From positions 17,422,001 through 17,486,000 of the forward strand of contig CM060734.1 in NCBI GenBank assembly GCA_030704615.1: a DNA stretch of 64,000 nucleotides. Direction: 5' to 3'. Below the pieces are notes generated by a model that ran no database searches, had not been told where the DNA came from, and saw only the letters and a program-made list of their open reading frames with translations. Shown here piece by piece: positions 1-10,619 of this stretch. Origin of the DNA: Takakia lepidozioides (taxonomy: Eukaryota > Plantae > Bryophyta). Made by a program: the position numbers and the translations under genes. The stretch's first letter is position 1. Every line of letters begins with the position of its first letter.

Positions 1-1308
1 CCTTCAGGTACAAATCTGGAAATGGTATTCCAGCACCCCATAAGAAACATTCAGAGCATATAGGTCACAATAAGGATATCCAGAATCACTTAATCTTTAC
101 CATATCATAATCCCAAGGGCTTGGGGGAATGTAATCTGGTTTGACTCTCCATAAAGCCAAGAAATAAAATAAAGCCAAGCATTTTAATAAAGGCTTGGAG
201 ATGGCTTGATCCTCCATAAAGCCAGAGCCATTTAATAGAGGTCCGATTTGCAATCGGGTTATGAACTCAGGCGCCGTTGATGGGGGTCTTAGAAAAATGT
301 TCACCTCATCCATTTCCTAGTACATGTATCTCTGTTGTTAACAAGGCAGACCAGTTTGCTGCTTGTTCCTCCATAAAGCCACAACACTTTTCATAAAGGC
401 CTGAAAATGGTGTACCAGGCTTTGTCAAAAAATTCTACCATGATCAATCTTATAACTAGATAGCTTTATCACTGAAACCACGGGGCATTCACTAGAATGT
501 TTGTAATCTAGGAAGCATTGCATAAGACCTTCTTCATAAGCTAAACCATAACCAAAAGATGAGGTCAAAGTTTAAATCGTATCCCCCATTGAAGCAATTT
601 CTGAAGCGGCGGTGTGCAGCGACAGTAGATCGCAGCCCACTCATCCATTCTGCTCAGTCCACATCACCTGCAAGCTCTGTAAATCACATCAAGTGAAGTC
701 CCTCACCTGCGCCCGTCCCAAAAACAAACACAAAACATGTTTTGTGCGTTGGTGAGGATGTGCAAGGTGAGTCGCAGGACTTCACAGTTGCTATCCATGT
801 CAGAGGTGAGCTACAAAGCAGGCAAAGAGATCAATTGGACAAGCATAAGCATAAACAACCAAAATTTTTCAAAGTTAGTGGAACTAGTAGATTTTGCAGT
901 ATAACATCCAAGATCTGGCATATGACAAAGCAAAACGCAGTAGCTTTGCTGCAGGGGAGAGAAAACAAGCCTCACAAATCAGTTATGGCGCCACTGCAGC
1001 ATAAGTGCACAATGAAAGATATATCCGGAAAGCATAGCAGCGGCTCGGCTGCCAGCATGTGGAGTGAAGACACCAGCAGGGGAACTCCTCATTCAGCCGC
1101 ACCTACGACTCCCAAGGAGATCAACAACGCGGGACTGTGCGGCAATTCAAGCCGCCATCGCACAGCTCCAGGAACATCACAAGCCCAGGTGTCGGGCTGT
1201 TTAGGTTTAGAGAGGTGAACCAAAATCGTTTCCCCACGATTTTTCATCCGGTCTGGATGGAAAATCGGCTCAGCTGATGGGTCATTTTGCAGTTTTTCAT
1301 CCATAAGG
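1..1308. repeat. Host repeat segment (copy 1, left part) into which element A inserted
   Basis: Near-identical to 27671-28979; continues after element A at 24297-24541. Confidence 0.95.
1300..1308. repeat. Left 9-bp target-site duplication of element A (TCCATAAGG)
   Basis: Repeated at 24297-24305; single copy at the empty paralogous site 28971-28979. A 10-bp reading is possible, but TIR alignment favours 9. Confidence 0.92.
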
Positions 1309-1497
1309 GGGGGCTGCTATTTTATGAGCGGCATGAGCATGAGCGGAAAAAAAAAAAGCATGAGCGGGCCGAATTGTGTCCACGGAAATAGGGTTATGTG
1401 GACTCGTCATAGCAATGAAATGCAACATTTTATTGCAAATTTGGTGGCAAGCCACGTCTATACAAGTGTGTCCTAACTGTCATAGCAGGAATGGGAA

Positions 1498-1957
1498 CTA
1501 CTCTCTTACACCTTCCGAGGAACTTGGCCCTCCTTCTTCCTCATCCCCCTCATCCCCCCCATCCTCCGAGCTCTGTGATGCATCGGTTGCAGTATGCCTC
1601 TCAAAAATGCCGTCCTCTCCTTGGGGGACTGTCCACCTCACCTCCTGGGAATCTTCTGCCTCTTCTCCCCCACTTTCCTCAGCAGAATCCAACACAAATC
1701 TACGAGCCCGACGGGCTCTAATAGCTGCTGCCTCCTCCCTCATCTTCATTTTCTTGAGGCTTGCCTCGTCTAAAATCTGCTGTACACGACTAGGTTCGGA
1801 ACACCTCCTAATGGACACCGAAGCAAGCCGGGCAGCATAAGTAGGAAGGATGTAGTCCCTTTCTGGACTAGGCATGAAATCCCCCCTGGCAAAAAAAGGC
1901 ACGTTCCTCCTGCCCATGAACTCCGGTGTAGACGTCCTTCCTGCCGTACTTGGCATC
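1498..1957 (-). pseudogene. Last exon of the element A ParB-MTase gene
   Basis: RRNVPFFARGDFMPSP...VRWTVPQGEDGIFE is homologous to B exon 5393-5861 (RKNVPFFARADFMTSP...VRWSVPQGEDGIFE); AG acceptor at 1958-1959. Confidence 0.85.
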
Positions 1958-2427
1958 CTACAGTAAGAACAGGGGGCTGCTATTTCATGAGCCATGAGCC
2001 ATGAGCCATGAGCAGAGTCGTAAGTGTCGAAAAAAACATGAGCAGGACTATTTTCCGGAAATGAGTGTCTGCGGGAATAGGGTTTAGGGTGTCACGGTCA
2101 TAGGGGGAGAAGGACCTCCCGATGAAGGAGGTTCGGCAATGTTTTTTAGAATTACATAATGAAAGGCAATGTTTCGCCAATGGTAGGGTGCTACTGCTCT
2201 GGACAATGGGGGCCCATTTCAGCCTACCAGCCACTTGCAAAATCCACCCACACTCCCAATCGCAAACGAAATGAGGAATGATGCATTATGGGAACGATAG
2301 ATACAGAATAGAACAAAAAGATCAGACACAATGGGGTTTTTATTGATCCACATGAATTGCATATGAAGCACGTCTACTGTGCTGATTGTGCAAACAAATC
2401 TTTAGCCCTGTGCCTTCTGAATACAAG

Positions 2428-3141
2428 TCATGTTGTCAATGGGACTTCGACTGCTCTGAGAACAAGCTCATGAGTCATCGGGCTCCTCCAGGTAAACTGG
2501 ATTGCAGCTGTTGTACCGCCCCTGTTGATGTTCACCACAATGTCCTGCCCTTCAATCATACCACCATCGAATATGGAAAGCTTCACGTTTTCGTCGTCCA
2601 CACCAATGCGAATGTCCTCATACAATGGAGAAGATGAGCGCACTCCTTCAGGAGTATAAGTCTCTCCGATGGAGTCCACCCACGTCCACTGGCAGCAGTT
2701 CCACCGCAACAGCATAGCAGTGCGCATTCTTCTGCATGGGTGCCCGTCGTAGCTGGGAAAATCGGAATCAAGGATGCGCAGGAGCCACGGACTCCTCAGA
2801 CCAAGATCGTCACCCCGCTCAAAGGCGTACTGGCCTGGGAGATACTCAAAAGCGGACAATGTTTCCACATTCGAACCAGTATCTTCTGTGTAATATGTGT
2901 ACCAAATAATGATGTCTCCCGATGTGGCCGAATACATTGCATAATCGATGCCTCCATAAGGGCAGTCATCCCGGTTCCGGAAGCACGACAGCCTTGCAAA
3001 GGAGGACCTGAGGACGTCTTTGATGCCGATGACAATGACCTTGCGGACAGCAACGAAGCCCTTAGATTTTCGAAATGATGAGAAGCGGAAGAGCAGTGCG
3101 GGCTCCAATAATGGAGCATCTGGGTCACAAGTACCCACCAA
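2428..3141 (-). CDS. Cargo protein of unknown function, paralog 1 (start uncertain)
   Basis: 237-aa open frame; clear protein similarity to the oppositely oriented 3373-4076 copy (CPY..DYAM...SGDIIxW, EYLxGxYxFERG, WNCCQWT, DGGMIxGxDIVV, ELVLRA). Confidence 0.7.
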   Translation of the reverse strand: MVGTCDPDAPLLEPALLFRFSSFRKSKGFVAVRKVIVIGIKDVLRSSFARLSCFRNRDDCPYGGIDYAMYSATSGDIIIWYTYYTEDTGSNVETLSAFEYLPGQYAFERGDDLGLRSPWLLRILDSDFPSYDGHPCRRMRTAMLLRWNCCQWTWVDSIGETYTPEGVRSSSPLYEDIRIGVDDENVKLSIFDGGMIEGQDIVVNINRGGTTAAIQFTWRSPMTHELVLRAVEVPLTT

Positions 3142-3372
3142 TCATCGTGTAACGTGTTCATCACGCCAGCGGTGGATGAACCGATACGTCTTTCTCATCC
3201 AGGGGGTATAGTTTGAAATCTGCCACCGAAGTCCATCCCCCGGATGGAAATTCGGCGCCGCATTTACATTGAAGGGGGGATGGACTTCGTCGTCTCGAGT
3301 TGCTATAGGCCCACCTGGCACTTACTGCCCATAGTTTGCATGGCACGGAAGGAAACTGAAACGGCTACATTC

Positions 3373-4076
3373 ATGGATGAGCCAATCTTCATCCGTGCAG
3401 GTTCCTGTTGGGGGGAAATTTAAATGTGCCCTGGAGTGTTTGTGAGGAATTGCAGCGTTTGCTTGAATTTCTTCCAGCCACCGCACTGCTGCCTCCTCCA
3501 TCCGGGAGTTGCTGTCATTGAGCGTACTTCGCTATTTTTTTTCAGGGATGCCGTGCCGCCGAAATCCTGCTGACTGCCCTTATCATGGCCACGATTATGC
3601 TATGTTCAAACCAGAATCAGGAGACATCATTGTCTGGCTCTCTGTTTTCACAGACGCTTCTGGAATCAAGCGGGAGTCTTTGCGCGCAATGGAGTATCTG
3701 GAGGGCTATTACTGCTTTGAGCGAGGTGAGGGCGAGGGTCAATGGGATGCCGGACAGATCATGCACGGCCTCACTTTGGCACTGGAACTGCTGCCAGTGG
3801 ACCAGGGAGGACGGCACCGGGGAAAACTATATTCGTGGAGTTCACTCCGCTTTTCCAGTGTATGGAGACATTCGGCTGAGTTGCGAAGACGAATTGCACG
3901 GGCACAGGAGGCCCACAGTGACCTTGTCAATGTATGATGGTGGTATGATTGATGGGCATGACATTGTCGTCAGCTCCACCAAGGGCACCAGATCGACCAC
4001 ATTGTAGTTTACCTCGAGGTGCCGCATCAGTAATGAGCTTGTTTTGAGGGCTATCAAAGTTCCGTCGACTTGGTGA
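3373..4076 (+). pseudogene. Cargo protein of unknown function, paralog 2 (frameshifted, internal TAG)
   Basis: ORFs 3509-3937 and 3585-4007 join by frameshift to match paralog 1; TAG at 4005-4007 aligns with CAG in paralog 1. Confidence 0.7.
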
Positions 4077-4483
4077 TGCCCATGTAGAAGGAGGAAGGGC
4101 TTAGATTTGTCTGGAGTTGCTAAATGTGAGACACCGTGTTCGATCAATAAAACAACCCATCGTACCTCACTTCTGTGTGGTTATGTTTCATCGTGTTCAA
4201 GAACTGCCGTAATTGGCCCACTGTTTACAATTTGAGGTCTCATTTGTACAATGTGTCTGTCCATATGACTATACCAGAGTCAGCGATATCAGAGTCCTGA
4301 GGTGAAGAAAATCCATGTATGAGTTGTAGGAAACATGTACACGCCGAAGCTCGGAAATTCGGCACCACAATTCATTTTTCTCCATGCAGCGATTTCTGGC
4401 AGCTCCCTTTCCTCCGTTATCGTCGTAACGGAAATGCTGTACATCATTTCATTTCCTGACATGGCATTACCATACTTTGAATT

Positions 4484-5256
4484 TGAAATGCGGCGCCGCA
4501 TTTCCATATTGGACCTTGAACTGTCCAAGCATGTCCAGTCGCTAATGCTTGTCCATGTCCATACTTGAAATGCGGCACCGCATTTCCATGTCCGTCATCG
4601 AAATTTCGTACCGGACAATGAAATGCGGCACAGCATTTCCGGAGAGCACAATGGAATGCGGTGCCGCATTTCCGTCGAAGGGTCTGGAATTGGACAAACA
4701 ACGATGGAAGTTCTGGAAATGCGGCACCGCATTTCCATGTCTGTCATCAAAATATCGAATCGGACAATGGAATGCGGTGCCGCATTTCCGTCCATCAAGA
4801 CGGAATGCCCACACGGGTCTGGAATTGGGCAAACAACGATGTCCGTTTTGGAAATGCGGCGCCGCATTTCCATGTACGTCATCGAAATTTCTTATTGGAC
4901 AATGGAATGCGGTGCCGCATTCCCGTCTAGCATCATGGAATGGGGAGCCCAAGAACGTCGATGGGTCTGCAGTTGGAAAAATGTCCATCTCCAAAAGGTA
5001 AATGCGGCACCGCATTTCCATGTTCGACCTCCGCCTTTCGATTTACATCCATGGAAGGAGCTGGCAATCGGCAAAACTGTCGTGTCGGAAACGGAAATGC
5101 GGCACCGCATTTCCGTTTGTCCGAACAGTTTCTGATGTCCATGAAACGGAAAATTGTTCTTGCCCCGGTTTTGGAAATGCGGTGCCGCATTTCCAAACGA
5201 GGTTTTTGCAGTTGCCACATTTCCGTTCAGACATTGAAATGCGGTGCCGCATTTCA
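4484..5256. repeat. Array of about 12 B-type 22-bp palindromes GGAAATGCGGYRCCGCATTTCC downstream of the ParB-MTase gene
   Basis: Copies start near 4484, 4566, 4619, 4652, 4715, 4768, 4850, 4903, 4998, 5093, 5173, 5235. Confidence 0.95.
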
Positions 5257-5392
5257 GATTTTGGGAGGGACCAGGTTTGGACGATGTTGTCGTTGAGAGG
5301 CAAATGGGAGAGGGGACATGAAGGACGGGGAGAATTTCCTTTATATACTTTGGAATAGAATTTTAATGTACAGAGAGTTCATTAAAATTCTA

Positions 5393-8300
5393 TTAATCTT
5401 GAAAATCATCACTATCGTCGTCATGTCCTTGACTTTCCTGCTCCGCCTCCACCCCGTCGTTGCCTTTCTCATCTCCAGCGGACTGCTCGTTGGCCAGGCT
5501 TTCAAAAATCCCATCTTCACCTTGCGGAACCGACCATCTCACCTCCGTTGGCTCATCGTCCTCCCTGTCTGCATCGCTCTCATCCGCTGAATCACATATG
5601 AACTTTCGCACCCGTCTACCTGTCTCAGCTGTTGCCAACTCTTTCCTTATCCTTCTATCCTCCCTAGCCCTCTCCAAAATCTGCTCTACTTTACTGGGAT
5701 TCTCACATCGTCTAATCGCTGTATTTGCGAGTTTAGCTGCATAACTAGGAAGGGAGTAGTCCTTCACCGGGCTCGTCATGAAGTCGGCCCTCGCAAAGAA
5801 CGGGACATTCTTCCTGGCAGGAAGTGTAGGCCCTACATGTTTCGACCCGGATCCTGGAATCCTGCACATAACAATCACCACGAGACCAATGAGAACCACA
5901 GTCCGGAAATGCGTTTGACAAAAAATCACCCAGAAGGCTTTGCAAACTTACAATGTTTGCACTCACTCGTATTGCGGGTTCTCCTCGGCATCAATGTCCA
6001 CTGTCTCTTCCTCCGACTCCGACGAATCCGAGGAGTCCTTGGCTTCGATGGGAGCCTTCACATTCCGTTGCAGCCCTTCCAGATGGGATCCCCAGACGGA
6101 TGTGTCCTCCTCGTAGGCAAAGAGGTGCCGGTCGGAAAACTGCCCAGCCCACATTGACGCACCTGTTACAATGCCATCCACACATTATGACATGGCCCTT
6201 CAGATGTTGCGAAATGAAAGCATAACGAGAGTTTGCAAAATAGCATACAACAAGATTCTGCATACCTGTCCCACAGATGAGGTCGAGCACTGTGCCCTCC
6301 ACATCAGTGCATGTCTCCATAATTGTCTGAATGAAGGCAAGGCTCCGAGTGCGTGAATACCGCAGGGGTTCAGTTGAAGTGAGGCTATGAGGGAGAAGTT
6401 CCGTGGGAACGTTGTTGAATAGGACGTCGTAATCGATGGGGTCGCAGTTCGGGTCAACCAACAATCCCTCCTTCCGGAAAGCAAAGGTCGAGTTCTCCTT
6501 CACAAAGCAGTATGCATCGAACTGCTTCGTCTGCATACACAGTGGGGAACGATTAGAAATCGAGTGCGGCACCGCATTTCAAAACTCCTAAGAAATGAAA
6601 GGACGAGTGCCAAGGTCGTAATTACCTTCTTCCCTTCCGACCGAAGGCCCAATGTGTTGATGCACGTCCACTTCTTCTTCAGAATTGGGACGGCGCTCTT
6701 GCAGGTCCACTTCGCAATTCCTGTCTGCGTGTTTTTGCCTCTGCTCGCCAGGACAACCACACAGCCTCTGTCGTCCAACACCATGCGGGTGAGCTCGAAT
6801 CCTTTCTTCCAAAAGTCCTCGGAGTACCTGTTGCAAGATGGCAAAGCTTGCAGTCCTTCCACAGGCTCTCCGTCCGGAATATCCAAGATGATCATATCGC
6901 AAGACCACTCGGTGGCATTTCCGCCCCTCCTGCAATCCTTGTCTGCACACACCCTCTCAAAGAACGAGACCATCTTCAGAAACCCAGGGGTATCGGAAGG
7001 CTCTTCGGCAGCCGCCTTCTTCAGTGCTCTGCCCTTCAGACCCTCCATGGTCTTCATGTATGCCAACTTGGCTGCCCATCCATCCAAAGCCGCCAAGAAA
7101 CTCTCATTCACACACTGGACTACTGTATCGGGATCCACTTTTCAGCAGCTTCTTTTGCCGACTCTGGCCGAGCAGGGACACGTCTTTCCTTTCTCTTCTC
7201 TTCTGCTTTCGCGTGCAGATCTTTCTCAAACTCGTCAACAATTCCGCCAGACTTGTCCAGGTACCATGGGCATCCAACCAGATGCGCGGCATGCCATTGT
7301 TTCTGCATCTCGGGTGTGTAGACACAGCTTGGGCCCACCACGGTCCAAGCCATGAAGAACGGGGGCTCTTGAGCCAGGGCCCCTGTCTGAAGAAGCACGT
7401 ATTTCATATACCTGCAGGGCAGTCAGCATGCGTGAGCAAAAGTTGAGACCAACGTACTCGCAGAGTGTAACCGAAAACATAAAATGCGAATGTGGTGCCA
7501 CATTTCCCAGACAAACCTCATTACCAGGCTTTGCATACAAGGACAGCTGGGCTTCACCTGTAAACAATTCGCATTGCAGCTTTTCCCGCTCCCTCCTGAT
7601 GTGTAAACTCCACGCTCCTTCTTGCTGTCTGCAGCTCCCTGGCGAAGAGGTTGTCCTTGTAAGCACATCTGAAACGTGTCACGTAGTCTTCCAATGTTTG
7701 TGTTCCATCCCATTTGACATACAAGCCGAACGAATTTGTATGCATTACGACTTGCTCCTTCGCATTCGTCATTACCTGCGATTCCCACATGCATTGTCAC
7801 GTAGCAGTTCAGGGAATTCATTTCAGAAAAGCAAATATGGGGAAGTACCTTGAATTACCTGGAACCACCAAGTCATGCGGTTGAGCCAAACATCCACTGC
7901 AGGGTCAGAAACTTCGAGTGGAAAAGACCACATTGTCCTTATACTCTCCGATGCATTCCAGAGCGACAGCCACCGTGTCTGCCATTTCCGATCCAATGTC
8001 AGGAGCAGGAAGAAGAGTGGCTATTGCTAGGAATGAACTTCAGTGAATTGAATCATCGCCTTCTCTATCGCTTCAACACATGCCGTTGAGAGGTGATGCA
8101 GTTTCTCCAACTGCATGGTCGGCTGCATGGCCCGAGAATAGTGTTTTGCAATCTCGGGGATGAAGTCCTTTCCAAGTGCCGGATCTGCAATGGCCACCAG
8201 CTTCACAAGCTTTGATTGTATTTTGTTCTGGACTTGACCCCGGCTTCCTTCAAGTGCTCAGTCAATGACTGCAACGTTTTGACCTGCCCCTCACTTTCCA

Positions 8301-10270
8301 TGAAGAAGCATTTGGCATGGGCCAAATCCAGCTTGATGTTTGACTGCCAACAAAAACATGCAGAAGCGTTACATTCGATTCATGTGGAAAGATTACCAGA
8401 AATTGGGGAAGGATGAGCAGAGGGAAATGGGAGGACAACTTACTTCATATATCACCTCCACCATTCCATCCATAGTGAGACGATACCATGTCCGGTCAGT
8501 TTTTGCCACGGCTTTTTGAATGAGCTCGGGCTCCAGCATCTCCCGCGAACATGTACGGATCAGTGAGACCAGTTTTCCTCACCCTATACAGCATATGTGC
8601 CATGTGGGTATGCACGTACGCATTTTCAGTGACCCTGCAAGGCACACTCTCCAGTTCAGTCCACGAAAGCACGGAAACAAAACAGATTGGAAACCGAAAT
8701 GCGGCACCGCATTTTGAACGTGCTTGGGAGGGTATGAGTATCTTACGAGTTGAGGTCCGCCATGGCATTCTTGAGCAGGGAGGAGTCTGCCGCCTTCACC
8801 TTGAGGATGACACACTCCACCATGTAATGCCAGCCAATGTGCTTGGCATGGTTCTGCTTGATGTACTCCCACCAGGCGAGAAGTCGGTGATTCTCGTCCC
8901 ACACAAAGAACATTTTACCCGACATATGGCCGAAGTTGGGATCACCCTTCAGTGTTGCCTCGAATTCGTCGTTGCGAGTGTGCCAGTGGGTATCCCATGT
9001 TGACAATTCCTCCGCAGTGGGTCCACGAGATTCGCCGTCCTCATTCTCAAGGGAAACGTAGAAGGCTGGCGAACCTAGACGGTACCCTTCTCGAAATGCG
9101 AACTTGAGATTATCCACATCTTCGGGAAGTGCCTGCCTGACGATGGGAAGGGAGACCATGCGACAGAGTGGGATTCGAAGAGTCCGCTGGAATACCCTGC
9201 TGCCCAAAACTCTGCCAATGCTACTATGTGTCTCCTCCAACATTGTATCCGCTGCACTTTGGAATTCCTCCGGAGACATTTCTACTGGTGGCGGCAGGGG
9301 CTGAGTAGCTTGAGCATCCCCAACTGGAGCTGCACTCTGGGGAATCTTTGCGGACAATTCTGCAATTGCAGAGGCCTCCTCCGGGCCTTCAGTGGTCAAG
9401 TCTTCCTCAACTGTGGTCAGATCTTGCTGAGAACGTTGAGAGGCAGCACCCTCCTCCGGTACCAGATTGACGGTCGATCCCATTGCCTTTGCTGCAGCAG
9501 AGACGCCCCCAACATCAGCAGGTTGGAAATCAAGCAGGGACAGGGCTTCAGCTCGTGGAATCGGTTTTGCGGGAGACTGCTCCGCCCTCCCCCTGATTGC
9601 CTTGTGCTTCCTCATTCCTGCAGGTGAAGGTGTCTGCTGCAATTGAATCTGCTTCATTCGCCTGGGTGGGGGGGAAACGGCCTGGTCCGGTTCAGAAACA
9701 AGTTGAAGGATGGGCTGCTTCTTCTTTGTCTTTGCTGGAGAAGGGCTAGACCCCTGCTGGCGATTCTCCATGACCTTTGAAGGCGAGTCGCTCTCTGGGG
9801 CTTTGAACTGCAAAGACTTGCCCTTGGAAGCCGCGTCCTTGAAATGCACAGGGCTAGGACCGGCAGGAAGACCCGTGCTCGTGGATCGGCTGGGTGTGCG
9901 TGCTGCAGCTAGCTCCACGGATTCTGCCTGCGGCTCTTCGGATTCCTGCGATCCTTCCAGCACGTCCACCTTTCCGGTTAGGCATGCAAACATCTTCTGC
10001 AGTCAAGTCTCCTAGCATACAGTCTAAGAATTGCAGAAGAAAAATGAGGCGGGTTTCGGTGCTCGATCAGCTGGCGAATCCTGATAGCACGGAGCTCTCA
10101 CTGGTGGCTGGGTTGCCTGCGTGGCCTGATGCTGCGAGATGGCAATCTCCTCCTGTAGACGCATCTGCTTCCTCCCCTTTGGCATTGGCCTACGTCCGAA
10201 GTACAATTTTCGGAGCTTGCGACGATATCTCCTCTGGTGCACGCACTCCCTCCCTCTCAGGTTCGAGCAT
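5393..10270 (-). pseudogene. Multi-exon gene: low-complexity N-terminus, ParB/Srx-like domain, helical region, beta-class N4C/N6A DNA methyltransferase-like domain, acidic tail (element B)
   Basis: ParB-like exon 8749-9997 (RIPLCRMV..VR, FFVWDENHRLLAW). MTase motif IV-like CDMIILDIPDG (DIPDG at 6869-6883) precedes motif X/I RSLAFIQTIMETCTDVEGTVLDLICGTG (6266-6350) and ASMWAGQFSDRHLFAYEED. GT-AG introns at about 5862-5963, 6163-6265, 6531-6625, 7412-7524 and others. A few stops and frameshifts. Confidence 0.8.
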
Positions 10271-10619
10271 AAGAAGAACAGAGACAGGGAAAAGGGGCGA
10301 AGAGTGCAGATGGAAAGGGCGCGAGAGGGGTGACTAAGGAGACACGACAAAAGAAGATGAAACAGCGGTGATGCACCACTTGGGTTCAAAAGGGTTGGAC
10401 GAAAGTGTCTCCTCGTGGACTTTGCGACATTACGAAATTTGAATCGTTCAGGGTACGCCTGCCGTTCGAAAAACAAACATCATTATCCAACGAGCAGGCC
10501 GCGCCGCCTCATGCCACTTCAGTCAGATAGAGTGCAGACATGTGCCGCAATTCCGTTGCTCCACATGTTCACATTTCAAGGCATTTCCGTCCCAGCGTCT
10601 GATGAGTTGGAGTGAAAAT

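Noticed and set aside
742-1218. Host protein-coding ORFs in the duplicated segment (also 86-313)
   Set aside because: 742-1218 is frameshifted in the second copy and starts at TTG; neither ORF has a recognisable motif, and identity reflects recent duplication.
4444-5358. Many overlapping ORFs with CGTAF / NAAPHF / MRCRIS repeats (also 10576-12430, 51067-52095)
   Set aside because: Artefacts of translating the stop-free palindrome in six frames; the 53-bp period does not preserve frame.
5393-10270. Bacterial restriction-modification or plasmid partition locus (contamination)
   Set aside because: GT-AG introns at conserved positions, enclosure by MULE TIRs/TSDs, and no ParA or endonuclease.
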